Source: Diplonema japonicum
Taxonomy: Eukaryota; Protista; Euglenozoa: Diplonemea
DNA: 64,000 nucleotides
Assembly (NCBI GenBank): GCA_964019335.1
Contig: OZ025710.1
Location: 310,001-374,000 of the forward strand
Direction of reading: 5' to 3'
The notes beneath the pieces were generated by a model. That model ran no database searches. It saw nothing but the letters and a program-made list of their open reading frames with translations, and was not told the origin of the DNA. This document shows, one piece after another, positions 32,771 to 44,591 of the stretch; the first letter of the stretch is position 1; each line of letters opens with the position of its first letter. The position numbers were made by a program, and so were the translations under genes.

Positions 32771-35395
32771 ATGCCCCCGAAAAAAAAAGATGACAATCAA
32801 GCAAAGTGGACAGACGGGATGGACTGCTCCGTGAAGGTGTTCCTTCGAGTGCGCCCGTTCAACAACAAAGAGAAAAAGGAGATGGGCGTGAAAAGTGATT
32901 CAACAGAAGCAGCAAGCATATGCAAGGCGGTGGAAGGGCTGGAAGCAAACTCAGTAGTCCGCACAAAGGGCCCCACCTGCTGCACAATGTCGAATGACGC
33001 TGCTGACAAAAATTCCGGAAAAACTTTATTCCACTTCGACAGAGTTTTCAACACAGTAGCACCAGGCGAAGGTTCCCAAGAAGAAGTCTTCCAAACTATA
33101 GGACCGGACCTCCTGGACGCTTCCCTGTGCGGGTACAACATTTGCTTAATGGCATACGGCCAGACATCAAGCGGCAAAACCTTCACAATGACAGGCGGCG
33201 ACAGCTACCAGTCTGCCATAAAACGTGGCGTCATCCCAAGGTTTCTAGACGGTCTGTTTAACCGCATGCAAGGGAAGGAAGCGTCCGATAAAAACGTGCA
33301 CTTCAAACTAGAAGCAGGCTACATGGAAATCTACAATGAACAAGTTAAGGATCTGCTCAACCCGGGGAGGGCGAAAAAATTGCAAGTTCGAGAACACCCT
33401 GAACAAGGACCCTTCGCAGATGGTTTAACCATGAAACCCATTCTCAACCCGGGCACCATCAACCACCTTCTCGAGACAGGGAACAAGGCACGCCACGTCC
33501 GTGCCACCAAGATGAACGATGTTTCTAGTAGGTCCCATGCAATTCTGCAGCTGGTCTTGACGCAGTACATAACGATTCAAGAGGAAGATGATGAGGAGCC
33601 GACCACCTCAACGGTGATGGCGAAGATGAACCTCGTGGACCTTGCAGGGTCCGAACGGCAGAAATCAACTGGTTCCGAAGGCGTTGGGATGAAAGAAGCA
33701 ATACACATAAACACCGCTCTCCACTGCCTTCGAAAAGTCATCGATTCCCTCACCACTAAGAAAAAACCCACCGCCGGGGGGGCACTTCGTTCACTTCAAC
33801 GAGAATCCATCTTAACATGGCTGCTAGCAGACTCGCTCGGCGGGAACTCTAAAACCGTTCTCATCGCCACCGTGTCACCCGCAGCAGCGAACTTCGCTGA
33901 AACCCTTTCCACTCTGAAATACGCGTCAGCCGCACGAGCAATAGAAAACACGGTCAAGGTGAACACGGACGGGCAAACAGCTGTCATAAAAGCACTTGAA
34001 GAAGAAATTGAGAAACTGCAGAGCCAGCTTAAAACAGCGGACCGCAACGCACGGCAGCAGCAGGTCAACGACTACATCGAGGAACAGCGCCGCTTGCAGA
34101 ACCAGCTCGAGACGGACCACCTCATCCACGAAGAAGAACGCGCCATGCTCAACGCCAACCTAGAACAGCTGGAGATAACCCGCTACGAGCTGGAACGCAA
34201 TATTGAAGATGAAAAGGAGGCCCACGGGAAGCTCAAGAAACAGCTTCAAGTAGCCCAGGGGCAGTTGAAGGGCGCGGTGACCGACCAGGCCAACTATGTT
34301 AAACATCAAAACGATTTGACCAACGAGCTCATCTCGCTAAGAAGAGAATGCGAGGGCAAGACCACACAACTCTTCAAAATGGAACGCGACTATGCCAGAA
34401 ACCTGGAAAGAATGGTTAAGGGCGATAAAAAATGGGAGAGGCTGCTCAAGGAAGCCACAAAACCCATAAAACACAAGGGTGACGGGGGTGCAGGCGACCC
34501 AATGGTGGTTGAGTTATATTTTACCAGATTACAAAACGAGGCGCAAAGCGAAACCATGGAAGCGATGAACAAGGCACTGAAGGACGCCTACTCAGAAAAT
34601 GCAAGATTGGTAACTGCTGTGAGCAGCTCAATGGGCCACGTGGTGGACGTGCAGAATCAGTTAATGAACGAACAGGAAAAAGATGCTACCATTCGTAGAC
34701 AGCAGCAGGACTTAGAAACAGCAAATGCGAAGGAGGAAAAGTACCTGGGGCAGTTGCGTGATCTCTCCATCCAGCACTTGATGCTTCAGAACAGGGTAGA
34801 CACTGCTTCGTCAGCTCCTTCTTCTAGACAGCCTTCACTGTCCCCGCCACCAAACCACGCCCCTCAAATCGTTTATAGACTCCCCGAGGAGCTTAGGGAT
34901 GCTTGCAGTTTCTTTGGTTTCGATGACCCCAAGCTTTTTTCGAAGTGGGTGGTCAAGACACTTGGTTATGAACCTAGTGAAGATGCGTATGTTTTTTTTT
35001 TTTTTTTTTTTGTGTTTTTTTTCCCCCCCCCAATGAGAGAGAGAAAGAGATTTTTTTTTAAAAGGGCTCCTGAGGCAAACGCCCAGGATATACAGCAAGA
35101 TTCTGTGCAACGGACGGACCCTGTATGTGTTTTTTTTTCTTTTCTTTTTTCTATCCCTATTTTTTTGTAGACACTTGCAACTGATGGGGCTCTGTCCTTG
35201 CGTAGCACTGGGTATATTAGCCAAGAGGTAAAAAATAAAAAAAATAAAAATCTCTTTCTCTCTTTCTTTTTTTTTTAAAAAAAAAAACTCCCTTGTTGTC
35301 AAAAAAAAAAAAAAAAAAAAAACACACACACCCTTCCACAGAGAATGAAAGAACTAGTCTCAGAACAGAAGTGGGGAAAGAAGAAGAAGAAGTAA
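32771..35395 (+). CDS. Kinesin (kinesin-3-like motor plus coiled coil), ~794 aa; exons 32771-34986, 35065-35122, 35171-35227, 35342-35395
   Basis: VKVFLRVRP, GQTSSGKT, VREHP..GP, NDVSSRSH, DLAGSE, LTWLLADSLGGNSKT, ETLSTLKYA. The last acceptor is uncertain: the alternative AG at 35343 gives a different C-terminus. Confidence 0.88.
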
Positions 35396-36272
35396 GCTTG
35401 TTAAAGACAGAACATTGAACAGATATCTGACCAGTGGGGTATATGAGCAAGGGACCCATGAACTGACACTTCTCTCCTGAAATTTCATGACTGTTAAGTT
35501 CCTTAGGCGGCCCGAGGACCACCTAAAGTTTAGGAAGGATAGGGGAAAAAAAAAGTGTCCCTAGCCCCACTTACTCTTTGCAGTTTTTTTACTTCGTTAG
35601 GCGACCTCTTTCAACGCTTTCGATTTTACTTCTTTTTTTGAAGAAGAAGAAGAAGAAAAAAAAAAAAAAAAAAAAAAAAAAAACGGAGTGCTTGTACGCA
35701 CAATTATAGTTTTCTTTTGTTATTTCTTATTTCTCCTCGCTCAATTCTTAAAAAAAAAAAAAAAAAAAAAAAGTAAAACAAAAATGAAGATTAGGTGAAT
35801 GGGGGGTTTCTTTTACAAATGTCTTCACTGGCCACCTTTCCCCCTCACCGTGCCCTTGTTCTATTCTGTGTTCTTTTTTTTTTTTTTTTTAAGCATGCGG
35901 TTTTCGTCTCAGGAGCTTGCATGTTAATTTGAATTTTTTCTCTTTTTTTTACTTAACACCTGAACACACACGACACCACCATCTAAAAAATCTTTCATTT
36001 CGTGAGTCATCCCCCGTTTCGCTAAGAGTGTCCGAGACAAAACCTCTAAAGGAGACCACCACTAGGCTTTTTTTTTTGATCTTCCAAAAGGCCGGCTCCC
36101 CCTCCTCCTCCCCTCCCCTCCCTCAGAGAGTTTCGGACATTTCAGAGAGATCCGAGGGGATGGGTAACACAAAAAAAAAAAAAAAAACCTAACTCCGCGA
36201 CACAAGTTGTTCCTATTATTGAGTGGACCCCTTCCCCCCATCCCATCCCGTGTGTCCTTATTGTGTAAAGCA

Positions 36273-36304
<32 letters not shown>

Positions 36305-36387
36305 AACCCCTTTTTTTTTCTATCTTCTCCCGCATATATCGCCTAAATAGACGGGGGGATAAGAAAAAACAAAAACAAAAAAAAAAA

Positions 36388-37827
36388 ATGTTCGCTCGCT
36401 GTTTACAAACTGCCGCAAGAAATAAAAGAGTAATGCAGCGAGCAGTACCGGTGGCGGCCCTCCAGGCGAGACACGCTACAGCGGTACCAAATGTAGCACC
36501 CGGCCTGCAGGACCCGACAAGGAAAAAGGTCATGATTTTCAACAGAACCGCAAAGAAAATCCAACGCGCAAAAACCGCAAACCTCAGTATCGACGAATGC
36601 AAGCTCCACGACCACATAGCCGGGATAGTGATGGAGAGGCTGGGGTACATCACAAGGGAGTTCCCAACCGTCTTGGAACTGGGCTGCGGAAGAGGAATAT
36701 TAAGCAAGAAGTACCTCGAAGCGAACCCAGAAGGCCTGCAAACATACATGCAATGCGACATGAGCCAAGAAATGCTGGACAGCTGTTATGAGGAAACATG
36801 CAAAGCGGTACCAAAGGGCGTAACACTAGAACAGTACAACGCAGATGAAGACAATACACTTCCCTTCAAGAAGAGATCAGTAGATCTCATCATATCGATG
36901 CTGTCCCTGCACTGGGTCAACGACATCGAAGCCACGCTCAAACAATGCCGAACCCTTCTAAAGCAAGACGGTGTACTGTTGATCTGCGTTTTTGGCGGGA
37001 AATCCCTTGCAGAGCTTCAGTCATGCTTCACAGTCGGCGAACAAGAACGCGACGGAGGGGTGTCCCCCCACATCAACCCCTTCTTAACAGGTCCTTCAAT
37101 GGGCGACTTACTCTCCAACGCTGGGTTCAACTTCCCAACAGTCGACATTGACAGATTTACATTCTTTTGGAAGACAACCTTCCATCTGATGGAGTACCTG
37201 CAGATGATAGGGGAGTCATCGTGTCTACACGGAAGGAGGAGATTTGTTTCAAAAGACGTTCTTTTGGCAACTGCTGCGATTTACGACCGATTGTGGGCGG
37301 AGGAAGGGAAGGGGATACCAGCAACATTTGAAATCATCCATGCTGTTGGATGGTCACCTCATCCATCACACGCTGAACCTTCTGCGCGAGGCAGTGGATC
37401 TACCTTGTCGTTGAAAGATATTGCAGAATCACTTGGCGAGGAGTTGATGTCTGAGGACAGTGTGGGGACAGAGCTTGATAAGAAGAAAAAGCTTATGAAA
37501 ATCCTGAAGGAGCACGGGGTGTCGAACTCGCGGTTGAAAACTCTAGAAGACCTCATGGAGCGCCGCTTAATGGGCGACAACAGCCTTGAACTGGAGGAAC
37601 AGATCATGGCCGCCAGGAACGAGATCCAATCTTCTTTCGACAAGAAGGACCTTGCCGATGTGCAGCACAACCTCCCATCCGCGGAAAATACCAGTTACAA
37701 GAAGAGCATCACACATATTAAGAACGCCACGGTCATCACCCCCGACCAGAACTACTCAGAGAGAAAGGTCACCGAGGCACTCGAACGGAGCTCCCGGTTG
37801 TCAAACCCGGGACATCCCGAAAAATGA
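36388..37827 (+). CDS. NDUFAF5: Complex I assembly factor 5 (SAM-dependent arginine hydroxylase) with C-terminal extension, 479 aa
   Basis: Mitochondrial-type presequence MFARCL; IFNR.AK..QR, VLELGCGRG, SMLSLHWVND, EQERDGGVSPHINPF, LMEYLQMIGES, IPATFEII..VGW.P...P.ARGS. Confidence 0.92.
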   Translation: MFARCLQTAARNKRVMQRAVPVAALQARHATAVPNVAPGLQDPTRKKVMIFNRTAKKIQRAKTANLSIDECKLHDHIAGIVMERLGYITREFPTVLELGCGRGILSKKYLEANPEGLQTYMQCDMSQEMLDSCYEETCKAVPKGVTLEQYNADEDNTLPFKKRSVDLIISMLSLHWVNDIEATLKQCRTLLKQDGVLLICVFGGKSLAELQSCFTVGEQERDGGVSPHINPFLTGPSMGDLLSNAGFNFPTVDIDRFTFFWKTTFHLMEYLQMIGESSCLHGRRRFVSKDVLLATAAIYDRLWAEEGKGIPATFEIIHAVGWSPHPSHAEPSARGSGSTLSLKDIAESLGEELMSEDSVGTELDKKKKLMKILKEHGVSNSRLKTLEDLMERRLMGDNSLELEEQIMAARNEIQSSFDKKDLADVQHNLPSAENTSYKKSITHIKNATVITPDQNYSERKVTEALERSSRLSNPGHPEK

Positions 37828-37840
37828 GAGGACAGTGTTC

Positions 37841-37890
37841 TTTCTTTATCTTTTTTTTTTTTTTTTTTTTTTTTTTCTCCCCTAAATCAG
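37841..37890 (+). promoter_or_regulatory. Putative trans-splice acceptor (polypyrimidine tract + CAG) upstream of the LRR gene
   Basis: About 40 nt of T/C, then ..CCTAAATCAG 54 nt before the ATG, with no obvious partner donor. Representative of many spacers in the window. Function is inferred. Confidence 0.45.
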
Positions 37891-37944
37891 AAAGGCAGGG
37901 GGAGGGGCCACGGAAGACCACAAAAAAAAAATATAAAAAAAAAA

Positions 37945-38832
37945 ATGGATAAATGTTGTACAGGGTGCTTCGCTCAGTTTTTCAAAAGAAACAAGCAAGC
38001 GTCTCGGAACGCGGAGCGCAGCAGATTAGTAGCGGAAGACACCGCCATGGAGGTCAGGGCGAGGAGTGACAAGTTGGGACCGATGGAAATACAAGAAAAA
38101 CTAAGAGAAAGCAGGATCTTCGAATCTGTATCTGTGGTGAGACACGTGGGCAGCGGCAGCGCCGCTGCACCATCGGCTACCGACGGAGATTCGATAGACA
38201 GCAGAATGATAACAAACTATCTGGACTCTGTAGAAGGAGGCGAGAACCCTGAATCAAGCTACCTCCTAGAGATAAAAGGCCCCATAACTGAAACAGATGA
38301 AACAAGCGTGGCCAAGGGACTGGACCTATTGGAGACAGTTCTATTGGATGACAGCGATACGCGGCGGTTTCACCTAGAGGCCATCCGCGCGGTTAACCTT
38401 GAGGTTCGATTCCCCTTGACATCATTCTTAAACAATTTGTTGATGTCTGGGTCTGTTACATCCGTTACGTTGATGAATTGTGTGTTGACCCCGCCTGTGT
38501 TGGGGACAGGTCTTCATGTAACAAGGAGCAAGACCCTTACAAATATTACGTTAAAGTCCTGTAGCCTAACCGATGCGCACCTCTCGTTCTTCATCACTTC
38601 TCTTCAGGAGAATGGGACGCTTTTACCGCACTTGGAATCTTTCAACATAACGGGGTCCTTTACAAACGACACCGTACTGCCGCTCCTCGATCTTCTTGAA
38701 GAGGAAGCGCCAAAGCTGCGCAGTCTAACTTTTCCCAGGCGGGCGGAGAATTTTGTGAAACAGCATTTGCTTTGTGCTACGTTGCCGCACCTTGTGCTGA
38801 ATGGGAAGAAGGTGCGACATGTTTTGACATGA
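37945..38832 (+). CDS. Leucine-rich-repeat (RNI-like) protein with N-terminal Cys cluster, 295 aa
   Basis: LxxLxL-type repeats (VTSVTLMNC, LTNITLKSCSLTD, LESFNITG, LRSLTF); MDKCCTGC may be an acylation site. Confidence 0.7.
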   Translation: MDKCCTGCFAQFFKRNKQASRNAERSRLVAEDTAMEVRARSDKLGPMEIQEKLRESRIFESVSVVRHVGSGSAAAPSATDGDSIDSRMITNYLDSVEGGENPESSYLLEIKGPITETDETSVAKGLDLLETVLLDDSDTRRFHLEAIRAVNLEVRFPLTSFLNNLLMSGSVTSVTLMNCVLTPPVLGTGLHVTRSKTLTNITLKSCSLTDAHLSFFITSLQENGTLLPHLESFNITGSFTNDTVLPLLDLLEEEAPKLRSLTFPRRAENFVKQHLLCATLPHLVLNGKKVRHVLT

Positions 38833-39901
38833 AATAATAATATTTAACAAAAAAAAAAAAAAAAAAAAAGATAGAAAAAGATTATTTTAACCTAACCTCT
38901 ACTCCACCATCGTGTCTTTTTTACGAAATAAAAAAAAATAAAAAATAAAAAAAAAGATGGAAGAAAAGAAAAAAAAAAATGTGGTCAGTTTTTTTTTCTC
39001 TTTTTTTTTTCGTTAAGTTTCTTTCGGATGGTTTTTTTCTTCTTCTTTTTTTTTCTTTTGGTGGATCGGTTAGCTAGCACCCCCTCCCCAATCATAGTGA
39101 ATTCTCTTTTTATTTTATTTTATATTTTTTTTTATAGTTCTCTTTCTTTGTTATTTGTGTGCTGCCCTCTGCTATGTCTGCCTTTTTATAAAAGAAATTT
39201 GAAGAGAAAAAAAAACAAAAAAAAAGGCACCCCTCTTCTTCTTCCACTTCCAGAAGGGCGGCAACTTTTATTTTTTAACAAATACCCCCATGCCCATAAT
39301 TCACTGTTTTTTCCACTCTAAGACTGCAAAAGGCCAAAAAAAAAAAAAGTGTTGTTTTTTTTTTTTCTTTTTTTTTTCTGTTCCCCATTCCCCTCTTTTT
39401 TGAGGTGGATTCGTTTTTAAACACTTCTGTCTCCCCCCCCCATTTTTTTTCTTTGATAGGAAATCGACTTGGGACAACCCGTTACACTTGCGAGGGATCT
39501 TTTTCTTTCTTCTTTCTCCGTCTCAGGGTTCCCAAAAAAAAAATAAAGATACACCAACAATTGCGGGAAAGGGTTTTTCTAATTGAGCAAAAAAAAATTT
39601 TTTTTTTTGGAGGCTCCACGGAAGACCACGTTAGTTGGAGGAAACGATATTTTTTAACAAAAAAAAAAGGCACCATGACCCGGAACTGGAACTGATGCAA
39701 ATACAAAAAAAAATCTTTTCTTTTTGCAGGACCCCCTTCCCTCACCCCCCCCCATCTTTGACAGTCTTAATACACCCCCCCCTATTTTATATTCTCTTAG
39801 TTCTTGTTTCGTTTATTTCTTTCCTTTTTTTTTCAATTTTCGTTTCCAATAAAAAAAAAACCCAAAAAAAAAAGGAGGCGGAAGGAGGGGGAAAAAAAAA
39901 G

Positions 39902-42900
39902 ATGAAACGATGGAGCTTAGCGATAAAAGACTGCATGGGCGCAGATGTAAGAGGAATGCTTGGCGCATTTGAAGAACCAACAGATTGGGTAGAACAAAGC
40001 CCAGCGGGTAAGGTGGTGAACCCAGCACAAACAGGCGGCGGTGTGGTAAGGGAAAAATTAGTAGACATAGGACGCATTGACATCGACGCACGGCCGCGAC
40101 GTAACGAAGGCGATGGGAAGTGGTTGGTAGCGAACGTAGTAAGAAGCGATCTGGGCAGAAAGCACGGGATGAACGCTTTGAAGCAGAAAGCAGGCAACGC
40201 GCTCCTCCCAGACACGTCTTTAACACAAATCTACAAATCCCGGCACACCTCCCTCGACACCGCCACAACATTAACCGAAAAACTCGAAACCAGCACGGTA
40301 CCCGACACAGTAGTAACAAGTGGCAACATATCACAATTGCTATCCCACGCAGCTGCCCCTCATCCCCTCTCGAACGGACCTGCCCTCACTCCTGAAGACA
40401 GCATGAGCCACTCCATGGAGGCCGACCGTCGAAAGGACTCTGAAACTCGTATGAAATACGAGGTGTTCACCAACAAGATCACCCAACGTACTATGCACAA
40501 CCAGTTCGTCCCCGACAGATTCGAAGGTCCCAAGTCCGTTTTCAAATTCTATTATGACGGTGATGACCTGCAATACAACCCTCACAAGCCTGTCTGGAGG
40601 CAGATGATGGACCAACGGAAAGGAGTCTCCGTCACTGTCGGTGGGGACCTCGACGCGAAACGCCTCAAAAATTTTCAAAAATACATCAGAAGAGTCTCGC
40701 AACTCGGCAGCCCGGAAACAGTAGGTGATCTTCAAAAAATGCTATCAGAACAACGTGCACTGGTTTCCGACTTGAAAGACGAAACCTTCAGCACCGGTAC
40801 CCGTTACAACTCCATGACTTCTAGACGGGACGCCTTTATGAGACGCAGAATGGCCTCCCCAACAGCGATACTAAGGGAACAGGTTAATGCGGAGCTCCCG
40901 CTGGTGGAGAGGATTGTGTCAAAGAGGAAGAGCGACCCACGGAAAATGCTGACGACAGACGAGGCCTTTGAGCTTGCGGAAGCGGATGTAGATGATGCGA
41001 AGGCGTCGCTCCTCAGGCAGAGGGAGCACCTCAAGGAACAGAATTTCTCCGATGAACGTGAAGACAAACTCGTCCCCCCTACCGTGCCCACCGCTTACCT
41101 CCCTGAGCACAAGCGGGCCACAAGATGGCTTGCTGATTATTCCATGCCAGGTGACTTAGAAGACCCTCGTACCCACTCACCTTTCCTCCTCGCGCAGGAT
41201 ACTTCTACGCCTCTCACTTCTGAGTTGAAAGGCCGCAAGGTCGGGGTGTGGGAGGCAGCTGACGGTGCAGGAATGCCAGGAACACACCGTGCCGTCGCGG
41301 AGAAGATCAAGGACGTCTTCGACTACCAGCGTGCCACCGACAGGGTCTCGCTTGGGCTGCAGGAGAAGGCGGTGGCTGATTGGAGGCCCACGAAATCCGT
41401 TGACGAAGCCGTGTTCCAACAGACACAGGTTATGAAGGGCGGGTTCGACAGGAGGCCTATTGGGTATACATATATATTTTTAGAAAAAGAAGGGGGGGGG
41501 AAAAAAAACACAGTTTCTGGTCGAAGGAAAACCCAGACCTCCGTACCACTACTCAATGGGACGATGTGGTATGTTTTTTGAAAAATAAATTGGAAACCTT
41601 TTAAAAAAAAAGATCGGTGCGCCTGTGGCGTCTGACGGCAACACCATCGACAGGGTTAGGTTCTACCAAGTCCGTGCTAGGTATCCTCATTTTTATTTAC
41701 ATGAATATTTAAAAAAAAAAAAAAAACAGATGGGAAAAGCGAAAGGCCCTTGCAATCCAGTTCGGGTTGGAACCCAAGCCTGACGAGACCATCCAAGAGA
41801 GGAACATAAGGAGGGTCGAGCTCGACAAGGTAGCACCACCCCCACCCCACCCTACTAAACAAACACCACAGAGACTCGAACACGTTGTGGAGAACAAAGA
41901 AGTCGACGGTGCCGTCCTTGCAGCATGGTCAGACGACAGGAGGAACGAGCAGTGGCATGGAAAACGGCACAACAGGGACACGATGGGCGACAGGATGTCC
42001 AGCTACCCGTTGACACAGCGTCCCTTAGGGGACTTGCTAGCCTACCAAAGCCTCTCCGACCCAAGAGTGAGGGAAGAAGACCTGTCAGAAGAGGTTAGGA
42101 CGAACCAGAAGTTCAACCAGTCATGGTTCAAGGACGACGCGGAGCTTGTGATGCGACGAAGGAACGACCCAAGGGTGGACTACCTCGCATCGGCTGGGAT
42201 AAAACCGGAAAGGCTCCGATTTCAAGTCGGATGCGCGCACTACATGCAGGTCCAAGACGCTCTGTGGGAGCTTCGTGTGTACCGTAATGAACCCGAGCCT
42301 GGTCAGGCAGACAGGACTTGGCTGGAGAACACAACCTTCATCAACATGATGAACGTTGACTGGGCCAAACAGGAGGTCGTCAAGATCGAAAAGGAACTGG
42401 AAGCAAAGCTTCTGGCGGAATACAGAACACACAGCACGAAGGAGCACGGAATCGCTGAGGAGACAATGGACCGAACCGACGACTCCCAAGACAGCCTCGG
42501 CTGGAAGTCCCCGTCGGAAATCGATAAATGGAGAACCACGGACGGAGCAAGAGAAGGCTTGGAGCTCGAACGTGAATTATCATACCCGATAGCAGCAGTG
42601 AACAATATGGGCAGCCATAGGTGGTTGGCAAAAACCCCTTGGGACAGGCTTGCTGCAAATTCGCTTGTTTCTAAACAGCTTCGGCCAGAGGACGATGCCA
42701 GGGGGACTGAGCTCGGGCCTTCATTCTACTTCAACAGGAACAGACAGCATTACTACAGGATGCCTGTGCAGCGGTACAGGGCATACGGTCCCGAGCTTCG
42801 GGAGATGCAGTTCCTGTCTGAGAAGCTCGTCCCTCACGATATGGTAAGGAAGATCAAGAACTACTACGCGGTGGCTAGGCATAATATGATCCCCTTCTTC

Positions 42901-43097
42901 TCAGAGCATGTCGGGAAGAACGGACCCAAGTTCATGCACACTCCGAAGGTACTGTTTTTACCCCCACACCCACACCCACACCCACACGGACATATTTTTT
43001 TTTTTCTCAGGTGACCTTTGATCACATTGGTCTGCACGACGATCTTGAAGACTATGTGAGGATCAACCCGCACTTGGCGAAGTGGGAGGAGATGTAG
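39902..43097 (+). CDS. Hypothetical protein, ~996 aa; exons 39902-41463, 41514-41568, 41613-41680, 41730-42948, 43011-43097
   Basis: Four GT-AG introns (50, 44, 49, 62 nt) join ORFs 39635 and 41767 in frame (..RRPIG|FWSKENP..WDDV|IGAPV..VRAR|WEKRK..HTPK|VTFDH..WEEM*). No domain recognised. Confidence 0.75.
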
Positions 43098-43266
43098 AAA
43101 AAAAAAAAGAAAAAAAGAAAAAAAAAAAAGAAAAAAACCAACACACGGAACGGAAACGAAAAAAAGTGTGTTGAAGTGTGTTTTTTTTTTGTTGATTTAC
43201 CCCCTTTGAAGAAAAAAAAAAAAGAAAAGTACAACAACAAAAAAAAGGAGCGGGGGGGGGAAAAAA

Positions 43267-43491
43267 ATGGTATTCAGCAAAACTGCCTTCTCCCCCCAGC
43301 TGGGGTATTACTGTCACGAGGTGGTAGACCTCAAACACGAGCCGGGGCCAACCACATTCGGGATAGGGGCATGCGCAGACCAAGGGTTTGTGAAAAGGGT
43401 CGGAACGCTGCCGCCGCCGTCAACTGATGCGATTTTCGTAAAGGACTGTGGAGAGGTGACGAAGAGGAGCCCAGGAGCAACGTGCTCGTGA
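43267..43491 (+). CDS. Small hypothetical protein, 74 aa
   Basis: A-tract-preceded ATG; GC-balanced island exactly spanning the ORF. Confidence 0.5.
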   Translation: MVFSKTAFSPQLGYYCHEVVDLKHEPGPTTFGIGACADQGFVKRVGTLPPPSTDAIFVKDCGEVTKRSPGATCS

Positions 43492-43631
43492 AGAAAGGAG
43501 AGAAACAAAAAAAGAAATATATTTACACGTGCCTATCCCCCTCCCCCGTCCTCCTAAGATTTCATTTTAGTTTCCATTCTGCAACTATTTTATCCGAGAA
43601 GAGGGATTCAAAAAAAAAAAAAAAAAAAAAA

Positions 43632-44327
43632 ATGGCACTCCTCACGCACCCGACGTCGCCTCCGAGAGTCTCTCCATGGCAACTCAGTGCGTGGCCGGAA
43701 AAGGATCCGGAATGTAAAGAATGTGGTGGGCATGGGTCAAACCCTGCTGCGGCACATGAGGACAGTGTGATTGAGGAGATTCAAGGCTCGCCTTGTCCGG
43801 CAAAGAAGGAGCATGTGATGCTGCAAAAGGAGAGCATGAGGATGATGATGGTGTTGAGTGAGCGGAGCTTTGCACCAGAGAAGCCTGGGGGGTCCGAGGC
43901 GGCCATCACAAAGGACAGAAGAAGAGCTTTTGAAATCTTCCAAACTGTTGTAAAGGGAGAGAGGATGATGTACGCCTTCGATCTAGAACAGGCATTTGAA
44001 ACTGCAGGGGTGAAGGGTATCGACCAACATCAGATCTCCGTCCTCATGCACAAATTCAACCTCCAACCTGGCGACCCTTTGCCGTTTGACCACTTCAGTG
44101 CAATGTGTGACACTCTCCTCAGCGGCCAAATTCCCCCACACCCCTCCTCCCCTCCAAGAGACCTTACGCCACCTTGTCCAGGCTCCCCAGAGTATAAAGC
44201 CGGCAAGAAGGAGAAACCCTCAGCCAAGACGTTCCGCATGGCGAACTCCTGCCCCTTCCATCTCCAGATGGACCAGAAGATGCAAGTACCGCAGAAAGCA
44301 AGGGTGCAGCACGGGTTCGGAAAGTGA
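43632..44327 (+). CDS. Protein with degenerate EF-hand pair, 231 aa
   Basis: RRAFEIF..DLEQAF..G..ISVLMHKFN..GDPLPFDHF resembles a calmodulin-like lobe lacking Ca-binding Asp residues. Confidence 0.6.
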   Translation: MALLTHPTSPPRVSPWQLSAWPEKDPECKECGGHGSNPAAAHEDSVIEEIQGSPCPAKKEHVMLQKESMRMMMVLSERSFAPEKPGGSEAAITKDRRRAFEIFQTVVKGERMMYAFDLEQAFETAGVKGIDQHQISVLMHKFNLQPGDPLPFDHFSAMCDTLLSGQIPPHPSSPPRDLTPPCPGSPEYKAGKKEKPSAKTFRMANSCPFHLQMDQKMQVPQKARVQHGFGK

Positions 44328-44591
44328 GTTCGGCTGAAAACAAACTTCACGCCTTGCTGTTTGTTCGCAGGGTGTCCTTTTTTTTTTTCTCGTAAAACCC
44401 TCCATTCTCTTTGTTATGTACTGTAAGCCTTTCCCACCACCCCCGTTGCCCCCTTATATCCCAGCAACAATTTCTTCCCCTTCCATATATAAAAAAAAAC
44501 AAAAAAAGATTTTTTTTTTTTTTTGTGCATACTCTCGGCGAAAACACAAAAAAAGGGGGGAAACAAATCAGAAAAAGAAAAAGAAAAAAAA

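Noticed and set aside
42963-42986. (CCCACA)4 as telomeric repeat
   Set aside because: Only 24 nt, intronic, and not the TTAGGG type.
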